Source: Longimicrobiales bacterium (GTDB lineage Bacteria > Gemmatimonadota > Gemmatimonadetes > Longimicrobiales > Gaopeijiaceae). From it: a DNA stretch of 64,000 nucleotides. Positions 19,581-29,184 of this stretch are shown one piece after another. The stretch spans positions 1,472,001-1,536,000 of the forward strand of contig OZ250165.1 in the NCBI GenBank assembly GCA_965238005.1, written 5' to 3'. Each line of letters starts with the position of its first letter. Position 1 is the first letter of the stretch. Under the pieces are notes generated by a model. That model was not told the origin of the DNA and made no database searches. It saw nothing but the letters and a program-made list of their open reading frames with translations. A program made the translations under genes and the position numbers.

Positions 19581-22500
19581 GTCCGGCTCCCGTTCGCGTT
19601 GTTCGCATCGTTGGGGATGTGCGAGAGCACCTCATGAACCGAGCTCGCCTGGCCTTTGGCCTCTGGCTCGGAGCGGGAGTGACGGGGATCCTGATCCTGG
19701 CGTGGCTGGTGGCAGCTCCCGACGGTTGGCGCCAGGGGACGGCCATGCCCCTGATCATCGATCTCGCCCTGGTGGGGCTCGGAGTCCTCGCGTGGACGGC
19801 GTACCGGCGGATAGGGACGCTCTGGCTGCGAGAGCCCAATCTGACGGCGAGCATGGAGGAGAGCGCCGGCCTCGCTCCCGGCGTGCTGCAGGGCTCCCTG
19901 GAGCTGGCCAGGGCCCTTCCGCCGGGCGTGTCCTCCGCTCTCGCCTTCCAGGCCGCCGAAGCGGCGCTGACCGACCTGAAGGGTCCGAGGCCCCGTTTGG
20001 CCGGGAGGCTGGCTGCCGAGGCCGCTCGCTGGACTCGCCGGGCCGCGATGGGGCTGGTGCTGCTGGTGCCGACCGTGGCACTGCTTACCGTAGTGTCCCC
20101 CAGCCGGTCCTTCGCCGCCTGGTCGGGGCTTGCGCGGCCGTTCGGCCTCCTGGCCGGCCCCACGCTTCCTCCGCTGAAGGTGACGCCGGGAACCGCCGAG
20201 GTACTCCGCGGTGCTGACGTGCCACTCACCGTGACTGCCCCGGGGCGCACGACGGTCACGGTGCACTGGCAAACGGCGGGTGATGTGGCCCTGGAGGAGC
20301 GTCTCGACGTGGTTGCCGACCGGGCGGGGCTGGTCCTTCGGACGGTTACCGCCCGGACGGAGTACTGGGTCGAAGCTCCCGACGGAGCACGCTCTCCCAG
20401 CTACGTGCTGCAGCCCGTCGACCCACTCCTGGTGAGTGAGGTGACCCTTTCCCTCACGTTTCCCCCTCACACGGGCCGCATCCCGGAGGAGTACGGGGCC
20501 GACATACCTCCCCTCGACATCCCAGTGGGGAGTCGCTTTGCCATCCAGGGTCGGGCGAGTCGGCCGCTCAGCTCGGCCGGACTTGACAGCCCCCAGGGCG
20601 AAGAAGAGCTCCGGCTGGCGGTCTCGGGTCGGGACTTCGAGGGCAACTGGATTCCGCGGGCCAGCGGGGTTTACCCCTGGCGCTTCATCGACACCGAGGG
20701 AGACCCTGCCGAGGTGGCACCTGCCCCGCTGGTGATGACGCTGGTCTCGGACTCGGCGCCCCATGTGGCCGTGCTGGTCCCGGGCAAGGACACCTTGCTA
20801 CCCGTGTCTCTTCGTCAGCCTCTGGTGCTCGAGGCGGCGGACGATTACGGCCTCGACCGATTGGAGCTGGTGGTGTACAGGGTCACGGCATTCGGCGACC
20901 GGCTGGAGCCGGTGGTGAGCCCGATGCAGGTAGGTGGCACACGCGGAGCACTTCTGCGTCCGGTCATGGACCTGAGTCGCTGGGAGCTCCTTCCCGGGGA
21001 CACCGTGCGCTATTTCGTCCGTGCCGTCGACAACGCACCGTCTCCCAACGTCTCCGAGACCCCCGAGTACGTGCTCCGGCCGCCCACGCCAGCTGACCTT
21101 CGGCGGGAAGCCCAGGAGCGCTTGGACGACGCGGCGCGGGGCGTGGAGGAGCTGGCCGACCGGGCGGACGAGCAGGCTCAGGAGGCGCAGGACCTGGAGC
21201 GCCAGCTCAACAACCGCCAGGAGCCCGAGCGCGGACCTCTCAGAACGCCGAGGGAGCAGGAGACCCAGGAGCGCATGGAGTTCCAGGAGCAGGAAGACAT
21301 CCGAGGGGCCCTGGAGGATCAGACGGCGCTGCTCAACGCCATCGACTCCCTCGAGATGGAGCTGGCTCAGCTGGACAGGGATTTGGAGGCTGCGGGATTG
21401 GTAGATCCGGAGCTCCAGCGGGAGCTTCAGGAGCTGCAGCGCCTCATGGACGAACTGGTGCCCGAGAGCCTGCGGGAGCGACTCGAGAAGCTGACCGAGC
21501 GGGTCGAGGAGATGAACGCCAGAGAGGCTGACGAGGCGCTGCGCGAGCTCTCGGCCGATCAGGAAGCCCTCCGCGACCGACTGGAAGAAGCTCTGAAGGC
21601 CCTCAAGCGGGCGGCCATGGAGCAGGACTTCCGGGCCACGGCGGCCGAGGCCGAGGAGCTGGCTCAGCAAGAAGAAGCCCTCGCCGACGCCATGGCCGAG
21701 GGTGACGATCCGGAGCTGCGGGCGGATCAGCAGGAGGTTCTCGAGGAGCGGGCCGAAGAGCTCCAGGAGCGCCTTGACAGGCTCCAGCAGCGCCTCGACG
21801 AAGCGGGCGAGGAGACGGCTCGTGATGCGGTGGAGCAGGCCGCACGGGGGGGCGAACAGGCCCAACAGTCCATGTCCGAGGCCCGGCAGCAGTCCCGGAT
21901 GGGACAGACCCAGCAGGCGGCCCAGTCCGCTCAGGAAGCGGCCGAGTCCATGAGTCAGATGTCGCGGCAGCTCCAGCAGGCCCAGCAGGAGATGGCCGAG
22001 CAGATGATGGAGGCCTTTCAGGAGGCCCTGCAGGAGACCGCCACGGATGCTCTGACCATGGCCCGCGAGCAGGCGGGTCTGCGTAACCAGATGCGGGGTG
22101 CCGGGCAGGAGGAGCTGGCCAACATGCGGGGTGATCAGTCCGCACTCCTGCAGGGCGTCCGTAACATGGCCGACAACCTGTCGATGCGGGACTACATGAG
22201 TCAGGGCGACGACGATCGCGATGTCGCCAGCCAAATCGGCCAGGCCATGAAGGCCATCGAGCAGATTCTGGCTGCACTGGAAGATCAGCAGGGGAGCACA
22301 CCGTCGCCCCTCAACGCGGCTGAGCAGGCCGTGGGGGCGCTCAATCAGGTGGCGCTCGCCGCCATGGCCGCGGCTCAGCAGGCCGGTCAGATGGGACAGT
22401 CGCCGTCGGCTCAGCAGATGATGGAGCAGATGGAGCAGCTGGCCCAACAACAGGGCTCCATCAACAGCCAGACTGGACAGCTGACGCCCATGCGGCTCGG

Positions 22501-22963
22501 TGAGCAGGCGATGGCCCAGCAGCTCCAGAAGACGGCGGAGCGACAGCAGGACGTGGCCGAGGAGCTGGAAGAGATCTCGCAGAAGCCGGGCGCCCAGGAC
22601 CAGTCTCTCGGCGACCTGGAGGCCATGGCCCTGGAGGCCATGGAGCTGGCCGACCGCCTGGCTGGTAACCGGTTGGATGCCGAGACACTTCAGCGCCAGG
22701 AGCAGCTGTTCCACCGGCTCTTGGACGCCGGGCGCAGTCTGGAGAAGGACGAGTTCTCCGACGAGCGGGAGTCGGCGGCACCCGGTGTGTTCGAGCGGGA
22801 CGACGTGAATGCCCTCTCGGCCGAGGATCTGGGCGCGCTCCGCTTCCAGCTTCCTCCGGCCGAGACGCTGCGCCGGCTCTCTCCGGCTCAGAGGCAGATG
22901 GTGCTGGACTACTTCGAGCGACTGAACAGGGCGGAGCGCCGGTCTCCGGGAGGGAGCCGGTGA
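19577..22963 (+). CDS. Large membrane-anchored protein with Ig-like region and long Q/E-rich coiled coil (DUF4175-like)
   Basis: Three N-terminal TM segments, beta-rich middle (ADDYGL), about 600-aa coiled coil, C-terminal YFERL. Confidence 0.75.
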   Translation: MSPAPVRVVRIVGDVREHLMNRARLAFGLWLGAGVTGILILAWLVAAPDGWRQGTAMPLIIDLALVGLGVLAWTAYRRIGTLWLREPNLTASMEESAGLAPGVLQGSLELARALPPGVSSALAFQAAEAALTDLKGPRPRLAGRLAAEAARWTRRAAMGLVLLVPTVALLTVVSPSRSFAAWSGLARPFGLLAGPTLPPLKVTPGTAEVLRGADVPLTVTAPGRTTVTVHWQTAGDVALEERLDVVADRAGLVLRTVTARTEYWVEAPDGARSPSYVLQPVDPLLVSEVTLSLTFPPHTGRIPEEYGADIPPLDIPVGSRFAIQGRASRPLSSAGLDSPQGEEELRLAVSGRDFEGNWIPRASGVYPWRFIDTEGDPAEVAPAPLVMTLVSDSAPHVAVLVPGKDTLLPVSLRQPLVLEAADDYGLDRLELVVYRVTAFGDRLEPVVSPMQVGGTRGALLRPVMDLSRWELLPGDTVRYFVRAVDNAPSPNVSETPEYVLRPPTPADLRREAQERLDDAARGVEELADRADEQAQEAQDLERQLNNRQEPERGPLRTPREQETQERMEFQEQEDIRGALEDQTALLNAIDSLEMELAQLDRDLEAAGLVDPELQRELQELQRLMDELVPESLRERLEKLTERVEEMNAREADEALRELSADQEALRDRLEEALKALKRAAMEQDFRATAAEAEELAQQEEALADAMAEGDDPELRADQQEVLEERAEELQERLDRLQQRLDEAGEETARDAVEQAARGGEQAQQSMSEARQQSRMGQTQQAAQSAQEAAESMSQMSRQLQQAQQEMAEQMMEAFQEALQETATDALTMAREQAGLRNQMRGAGQEELANMRGDQSALLQGVRNMADNLSMRDYMSQGDDDRDVASQIGQAMKAIEQILAALEDQQGSTPSPLNAAEQAVGALNQVALAAMAAAQQAGQMGQSPSAQQMMEQMEQLAQQQGSINSQTGQLTPMRLGEQAMAQQLQKTAERQQDVAEELEEISQKPGAQDQSLGDLEAMALEAMELADRLAGNRLDAETLQRQEQLFHRLLDAGRSLEKDEFSDERESAAPGVFERDDVNALSAEDLGALRFQLPPAETLRRLSPAQRQMVLDYFERLNRAERRSPGGSR

Positions 22964-24738
22964 GACCCCCAAGGAGCGGGGCGCTGCGATCGGTAGCGAT
23001 TCTTCTATCGCTGACCGCCCTCGCTCCTGCCCTCCTACGCGCGCAGACCGAAGATCTGCTGCTGGAGGGTCGTCTGCTTCGCTCCGCCGCGAGCCAGGAG
23101 GCCCAGGGGGACCTCGGCGAGGCGGAGCGAATCCTGAAGGACCTCATGGAGCAGAGGCCCACCTCCACCGGGGGGCTGTTCGCGCTCGAGCGTGTGCTCC
23201 GCTCCCAGGGTCGCATCGAAGAGATTCTTCCCGTGGCCCGGCGATACGAGGACTCGGAGCCGAATGCGGCCGCCCCCAGGATTCTCATGCTCAGGGTCTT
23301 CACGGAGCTGGACGCCACGGACGAGCTGGTGGGCGCGGCCGAGGAATGGGTAGAGCGGTCCGGGTCGTCACCGGAGCCGTATCGGGAGATCAGCAGGATC
23401 TTCCAGCGTGTTTTCGGGCCCGAACGAGCTCTCGCCGTGCTGAAAGACGGCCGGGACATTCTCGGCCAGCCGTCCCTTTTCGCCATGGAGTTCGGCGACC
23501 TCCTTCGGGACCTTGGGAGGATGGAAGAGGCCGTTCTCGAGTGGGCTCGAGTCATCGGCGACGACGGGACGCAGGTATGGGCGGTCATGCGCAGAGTCAC
23601 CGAAATGGAGGGGGATCGGGCGGAGCTCGTTCGACCCCTGGTGGAGCAGCTGGCCCGCCCGCCCACGACGGTGGCTCGTCTGCGGGCCGGGGCTCGCATC
23701 GCCGTGGAGGCGGGTCTGGAGGACGAAGCGCGCGAGTTGGCTACGCAGGTGGTCGGAGATCTCGAAGGACAGGCTCGCCGCGGCTTCCTCACCGCCCTGG
23801 CCCGTCAGGCCGAAGATGGCGGCGGGGCCGAGCTGGCCCTGTGGGCGTACAAGGCCTTGCAGGATGACGCGGCCGACGCGACCGAGGCGCGAGCGCTGGA
23901 TCACCGGATCGCCAACGTGGCTTTGGCCGCAGGTGACACGGCCACCGCTCTCGAGGCGCAGCGGTCCATCGCGCAAGGCCTTCCAGCGGGAAGCGTCGAG
24001 CGGCGACGCGCTCTGGCCGAGGTCCTTCGCCTCGGGATTGCCCGGGGTGATACGGACACCCGTGAGCGTCTCGACCGTTTCCGTCTCGAGTTCCCGGGGG
24101 TTAATGAGGTCGACGAGCTGGCGGTGATGTTGGCCGTGCGACTGGAGGAAGAAGGCGACGGCATGGGGGCCAGATCCCTCCTGGCCGGTGTGGACGGACC
24201 CAAGAGCTTGCTGGAAAGGGGATATCTGTACCTCGCTTCCGGGGAGGTGGTGCCCGGTGGTGGCAACCTAAGGGAAGCGGTTCCTGGACTGCCGCCCACC
24301 GATGCCACCGACGTCATCTCGTTGCTGGGACTCCTGGAGGAGCTCCAGGGAGAGGCGCTGGCCGTGGTCATACGCAGCGCCGTCCTGGCACACCGGGGTC
24401 GCGCCGCCGCCGCTGTCAGCGAGGTCAAGGCCGTGGTGGACGGTCTTCCGGAAGCCGATCGAGCGGCGGTCCTGGCCCACGGTGCCAGGATTGCGGATAG
24501 CGCCGAGCTGACGACACAGGCTGGCGAGCTCAGAGCTCGCATCGTCCGAGATCACGCGGATGCGGCCGAAGCACCCGAGGCGACGCTCGAGCTGGCCCGC
24601 TTTAGAGGTGCCACGTCGGAGGGGGTAGAAGATGCGATCCTGCTCCTCGAGGAGCTGATTCTGAGCCAGCCCGAGAACGCGGTCGTGCCCATGGCCCGCC
24701 GGGAGCTGCAGAAGCTGAGGGACGGTCGGGGTCCGTGA
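22960..24738 (+). CDS. Secreted TPR-repeat protein
   Basis: Signal peptide followed by Ala/Leu-rich helical repeats; GTGA overlap with the upstream gene. Confidence 0.7.
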   Translation: MRPPRSGALRSVAILLSLTALAPALLRAQTEDLLLEGRLLRSAASQEAQGDLGEAERILKDLMEQRPTSTGGLFALERVLRSQGRIEEILPVARRYEDSEPNAAAPRILMLRVFTELDATDELVGAAEEWVERSGSSPEPYREISRIFQRVFGPERALAVLKDGRDILGQPSLFAMEFGDLLRDLGRMEEAVLEWARVIGDDGTQVWAVMRRVTEMEGDRAELVRPLVEQLARPPTTVARLRAGARIAVEAGLEDEARELATQVVGDLEGQARRGFLTALARQAEDGGGAELALWAYKALQDDAADATEARALDHRIANVALAAGDTATALEAQRSIAQGLPAGSVERRRALAEVLRLGIARGDTDTRERLDRFRLEFPGVNEVDELAVMLAVRLEEEGDGMGARSLLAGVDGPKSLLERGYLYLASGEVVPGGGNLREAVPGLPPTDATDVISLLGLLEELQGEALAVVIRSAVLAHRGRAAAAVSEVKAVVDGLPEADRAAVLAHGARIADSAELTTQAGELRARIVRDHADAAEAPEATLELARFRGATSEGVEDAILLLEELILSQPENAVVPMARRELQKLRDGRGP

Positions 24739-25988
24739 GGCTTTTGCGATGGCTCTCGGTCCTGGCTCTGGTCGGCGTCCCGCTTCCGGCTGCGGGTCAG
24801 TTCCTTCTCGTGCCCATGGACCGGACTCAGGTGAATCACCTGAAGGCCTACGGCCTCGCGTATTGGACTCTCGAGCAGTACGGGCGATCCGAGTGGTTCC
24901 TCAACTACCGCGACGGATCCTTCCTGCTCCCCGACATGTCCGGCATCCGTCGACAGGCGGTCCTGCGTGGCGTCTCGATCGAGCCGGTGGGAGGCGCCGA
25001 CGTGGCGGCCATCCGCGCCGTGATCACGGACTCGAACATGGAGTCGGTGGTCCTGGAGAAGGCACCCAAGGTAGCCATCTACACCCCGCCCAACAGCACG
25101 CCCTGGGACGACGCCGTGACCATGGCTCTCGAGTACGCCGAGATCCCCTACGAGAAGGTCTGGGACGACGACGTCATCGCAGGGGGACTCGAGGACTACG
25201 AGTGGCTGCACCTCCACCACGAGGACTTCACGGGTCAGTATTCCAAGTTCTTCATCACCTACGCCGGATCTTCCTGGCTCCAGGAGGAGGTGGCGAGAAA
25301 CGAGGAGGCGGCGCGGCGAACCGGCTTCGCTACCGTGCCGGCTCTCAAGAAGGGTGTCGCACGGGAGATCCGACAGTACGTGGAGGATGGCGGATTCCTC
25401 TTCGCCATGTGCTCTGCGACCGAGACTCTCGAGCTGGCCCTGGGTGCGGAGCACGTGGACATTGCGGCCGCATACTCCGACGGCTCACCCGCCGACCCCG
25501 ACGCCACGCGGAAGATGGACTGGTCCGCAGCCATGGCCTTTACCGACGCGGTAGTTCAGGTGGGACCGTCGGTGAACGCCTTCAGCGACATCGACGGGCA
25601 TCAGGTCAACACGCCTTGGCGCCTGGCGCTGGGGGCGTTCTCCCTCTTCGACTTCTCCGCCAAGTTCGATCCCGTGCCCGCTATGCTCACGCAGAATCAC
25701 GAGGATGTCATTCCGGACTTCTACGGCCTCACCACGTCGTTCCGCATCGCTCGCCTGAAGCCCGGGACCATTGTCCTCGCCAGGGAGGGCAACATCGCCA
25801 AGTACCTCCACGGCAACTACGGAGACGGCACCTGGACCTACTTCGGGGGACATGACCCGGAGGATCCCGAGCACCAGATCGGAGATCCGCCCACCGACCT
25901 GGACCTCCACCCTAACTCACCCGCGTATCGGCTCATCCTGAACAACGTTCTCTTTCCGGCGGCCAAGAAGAAGAAGCTCAAGACCTAG
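24735..25988 (+). CDS. Conserved secreted protein (family often loosely labelled 'asparagine synthetase B'); function unknown
   Basis: Signal peptide; NHLKAYG, WDDAVT, WLHLHHEDFTGQY, FAMCSAT, GHDPED, LILNNVLFPAAKKKKLKT. Confidence 0.7.
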   Translation: MRLLRWLSVLALVGVPLPAAGQFLLVPMDRTQVNHLKAYGLAYWTLEQYGRSEWFLNYRDGSFLLPDMSGIRRQAVLRGVSIEPVGGADVAAIRAVITDSNMESVVLEKAPKVAIYTPPNSTPWDDAVTMALEYAEIPYEKVWDDDVIAGGLEDYEWLHLHHEDFTGQYSKFFITYAGSSWLQEEVARNEEAARRTGFATVPALKKGVAREIRQYVEDGGFLFAMCSATETLELALGAEHVDIAAAYSDGSPADPDATRKMDWSAAMAFTDAVVQVGPSVNAFSDIDGHQVNTPWRLALGAFSLFDFSAKFDPVPAMLTQNHEDVIPDFYGLTTSFRIARLKPGTIVLAREGNIAKYLHGNYGDGTWTYFGGHDPEDPEHQIGDPPTDLDLHPNSPAYRLILNNVLFPAAKKKKLKT

Positions 25989-26261
25989 AAGGCTGTTGAA
26001 GGAGTACAGTGGGCCGCACAACCACCCTGTGCCCAACAGAATAGTTGATATGAACGTACGTGTTCGTGGGTTGCGGTGGCACGGCCCCGACCACGCTTCG
26101 CGCGGTGCCCCCGTCGTTGGAGCTCCTAACCGTAGCGACGGCTATGGCGTCGTCGCTCCGACCCACGCTGTCGCGCGGGTACCCCGGATCTGGGGCCGTG
26201 GCATCCCGGGTACCCGTGCGGTAGCACGGGTGGCGACCCGCTGTACTCCTTCAACAGTCTT
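25989..26261. mobile_element. MITE-like non-autonomous element, 273 bp
   Basis: Terminal inverted repeats AAGGCTGTTGAAGGAGTACAGTGGGCCGC / GCGACCCGCTGTACTCCTTCAACAGTCTT; CTAG on both sides (25985-25988, 26262-26265); internal hairpins; no credible ORF. Confidence 0.8.
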
Positions 26262-26275
26262 CTAGGGGCGCCCCT

Positions 26276-28882
26276 GTGAATCCCGATCGGGAACTCTCCG
26301 AGGCCGCCACCGACGGGGTGACCAACGGCCCCGGCCTACCCGAGCCGCCCGGCTCGACCTCCGACCTACGACTGTCACCTGATGCCGCCGAGGCCATCCG
26401 GCGGGAGATCCAGAAGGCGGGCGGTCGCGAAGTGTGCTTCCTTGTCCAGGTCAGTGAAGCTCGGGAGCTCATCGATCCTCGGGCTGTCGCCCGGGGGAAC
26501 AAGGCCGCGGTCCTGGTAGCGGCTCGTGGAGCGGAGGAGGGAGGGGTCATGATTCACAACCACCCCTCGGGTGTGTTGGAGCCCTCGAATGCCGATCTGG
26601 GCGTCGCCGCCCAGCTCTACGAGGAGGGACTCGGGTCCGCCATCACCGACAACTCTGCCGAGAGCCTTTACGTGGTGGTGGAGCCTCCCTCCCCGCGACA
26701 TGTGGAGCCGTTGGACGTGGAGGCGCTCGAGGGGTTGATCGGCCCAGCGGGGCCCCTGGTCGAGAGTCATCCGCGTTACGAGGACCGGCCCGGGCAACGC
26801 GCAATGCTCCGGCTGGTGGCCGAGTGTTTCAACGAAGGCGGAATCACCATCGTCGAGGCAGGAACGGGAACCGGCAAGTCACTGGCGTACCTGGTGCCGG
26901 CGGCGGCGTGGGCGCTGCAGAACGGTGAGCGGACGGTCATCTCCACCAACACCATCAATCTGCAGGAGCAGCTCGACAGCAAGGATCTGCCGCTGGTCCG
27001 GAGCCTGGTGGGGGACGACGTGGACTGGGCTCTGGTGAAGGGGCGCGGCAACTACATCTCCATCCGTCGGGCGCGACTGGCCGCCGAAACGGCGCCTCTC
27101 CTGTTCGAGGACGATCGGGCGGATGAGCTCGACGGTCTCCTGGATTGGATCGACAGCACCGACGACGGCTCTCTTGCCGACCTGACGTTCGTGCCCAGCG
27201 AAGACGTCTGGGACGAGGTGAGGAGCGATTCGGATATCTGCCTGAGGACCCGCTGCCCGCACTTTCAGGCCTGCTTCTACCAGCGTTCGCGGCGGAAGGC
27301 CGCCGCCGCTCGCCTTCTGGTGGCGAACCACCACCTGCTCTTTACGGATCTGTCCGTCCGAATGGCCACGCGAAACTACTCGGGGTCGGCGGTACTGCCG
27401 GCCTACCGGCACTTGATTCTCGACGAGGCACACAACATCGAAAACGCCGCCACATCGCATCTGGGACTAGAGGCTACCCGCCTCGGGATGTTCCGGCTCC
27501 TGGCCCGTCTGGACCGGAGGGGGCGGGGCGTCCTGGCCGCGGTTCAGGAGGCGCTAGCGGGCGGGAGTGGCCAGACGGCCTCCTCGGAGCTGAGGAGCCG
27601 GATCGAAGAGCGGGTGCGTCCGGCCGTGGACGAGGCCAGGGCCCAGCTCACAGAGTTCCTGGATGCCATCGAGCCGCTCCTGCCGGCGGACGCCGTGGGC
27701 GCAAAGCGAATCGGGACTGCCGACTTCCCGGAACCGGTGGCGCGGCCCGCCGTCCGGGAGCGGCTGGACGGGCTGATAGCGGCGTTCCGGGATCTCGAGG
27801 CGGAGGTACGGCGGGTCAAGGAGAGCCTCGAGCGCGATGAGACCTTGTCCGAAAGTCTCGAGGGACGTGTCCTGGATCTTCAGAGCGTGGAGCGTCGACT
27901 CGACGGGTCCGTTCGCGCCGTCCGAACCGTTCTGGATCCCGAGGAAGGGGAGGATCGGTTCGTCCGGTGGCTGGAATGGAGGGGGCGACCGCGCAAGGGT
28001 CGGCGGAACCTGGTGATGGCATCGGCTCCCATCGAGTTGGGCGGCCTGCTCCGGGAAGGTCTGTTCGAGAAGACCGATACCGTGGTCCTCTCCTCGGCTA
28101 CGCTTGCCGCAAGGAAATCCTTCAGCTTCCTCCGTAGCCGGGTCGGGCTGAGTCCGGAGGAGCTGGAGGCATCTGATGTGATGCACGAGGTCATAGAGTC
28201 TATAATACCTTCTCCCTTTGACTTCAACAATCAAACCATCCTGGCGGTGCCCACGGACTTGCCCGATGTGAATTCCCCCGGGGATGCACTCCAGGAGGCT
28301 ACCGCTCGCATCGTGGGCGAGATGGCAGGCATCTCCGACGGAGGCCTGTTCGTCCTTTTCACTTCACACCGAGCCCTCCGGCGGGTGGCCGAGCTGCTGC
28401 GCTCTGACGGTGGCTTGCCATGGCCGCTTTTCGTGCAAGGGGAGGATGGGCGGGCGCGGCTCCTCGAGCGCTTCGTGGCCTCCGGGTCGGGGATTCTCCT
28501 TGGGACGGTCTCGTTCTGGGAGGGTGTGGACGTACCGGGGCGGCCGTTGCGGGGCCTCGTCATCCAGCGACTCCCCTTCCGGGTGCCCACGGAGCCGGTC
28601 ACGGCCGCCCGGATCGAGGCGATCGAGAAGCGGGGTGGCAACGCCTTCTGGGACTTCGCCTTGCCCCTGGCCGCGCTCCGGCTGAAGCAGGGGTTCGGGC
28701 GCCTTGTGCGCTCCCACGACGACCGGGGCAGCGTGGTGATCCTGGACGACCGCATCCTGCGAAAACGTTACGGGGTGTACCTCAGGGACTCTCTTCCCCC
28801 GGCACCGCTAGCGAAGGGGCCGTGGAGCGAGGTCGCCCACGCCCTGCGTGCATTTCACCAGGGAGGTGCGGGGTACGAATGA
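26276..28882 (+). CDS. DinG/YoaA-family helicase with N-terminal JAB/MPN domain
   Basis: N-terminal E...HNHPSG..EPS.AD; EAGTGTGKS, LDEAH, SATL, FWEGVDV, LKQGFGRLVR. Confidence 0.9.
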   Translation: MNPDRELSEAATDGVTNGPGLPEPPGSTSDLRLSPDAAEAIRREIQKAGGREVCFLVQVSEARELIDPRAVARGNKAAVLVAARGAEEGGVMIHNHPSGVLEPSNADLGVAAQLYEEGLGSAITDNSAESLYVVVEPPSPRHVEPLDVEALEGLIGPAGPLVESHPRYEDRPGQRAMLRLVAECFNEGGITIVEAGTGTGKSLAYLVPAAAWALQNGERTVISTNTINLQEQLDSKDLPLVRSLVGDDVDWALVKGRGNYISIRRARLAAETAPLLFEDDRADELDGLLDWIDSTDDGSLADLTFVPSEDVWDEVRSDSDICLRTRCPHFQACFYQRSRRKAAAARLLVANHHLLFTDLSVRMATRNYSGSAVLPAYRHLILDEAHNIENAATSHLGLEATRLGMFRLLARLDRRGRGVLAAVQEALAGGSGQTASSELRSRIEERVRPAVDEARAQLTEFLDAIEPLLPADAVGAKRIGTADFPEPVARPAVRERLDGLIAAFRDLEAEVRRVKESLERDETLSESLEGRVLDLQSVERRLDGSVRAVRTVLDPEEGEDRFVRWLEWRGRPRKGRRNLVMASAPIELGGLLREGLFEKTDTVVLSSATLAARKSFSFLRSRVGLSPEELEASDVMHEVIESIIPSPFDFNNQTILAVPTDLPDVNSPGDALQEATARIVGEMAGISDGGLFVLFTSHRALRRVAELLRSDGGLPWPLFVQGEDGRARLLERFVASGSGILLGTVSFWEGVDVPGRPLRGLVIQRLPFRVPTEPVTAARIEAIEKRGGNAFWDFALPLAALRLKQGFGRLVRSHDDRGSVVILDDRILRKRYGVYLRDSLPPAPLAKGPWSEVAHALRAFHQGGAGYE

Positions 28883-28979
28883 CCCGCAGCGATACACCTT
28901 GTGGGTGGTGCGGGCCGCGGTAGATTCTGCGGGTCGCCCGGGTACTCCCGGCTGGACCCAACTCAGAGGCGGATACTCA

Positions 28980-29180
28980 ATGACTCGCGTTCTCGGCGTG
29001 CTCGCCGGTGTCGGAATCCTCGTGATGGCGGGCTTCACCTTCCAGGATTCGGCCGCCGGCTGGGCGGACGGTCACTCGGATATCGGATTCTGGTGGGCGG
29101 TCATCACGGTGCTTCTCACCATCGCAGGCGTCGGGACCATCATCGGGACCTGGATCCACACTCAGCCGACCGAGGGCTGA
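28980..29180 (+). CDS. Small two-TM membrane protein
   Basis: 66 aa with two hydrophobic helices; ATG 28980. Confidence 0.6.
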   Translation: MTRVLGVLAGVGILVMAGFTFQDSAAGWADGHSDIGFWWAVITVLLTIAGVGTIIGTWIHTQPTEG

Positions 29181-29184
29181 CGCC

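Noticed and set aside
20798..22972. Long antisense ORFs (724 aa here; also 14810-16441, 10002-11378, 41626-42939)
   Set aside because: Shadow ORFs opposite well-supported genes, expected in high-GC DNA
24735..25988. True asparagine synthetase AsnB
   Set aside because: Has a signal peptide and lacks the N-terminal Cys Ntn domain and the SGGLDS motif
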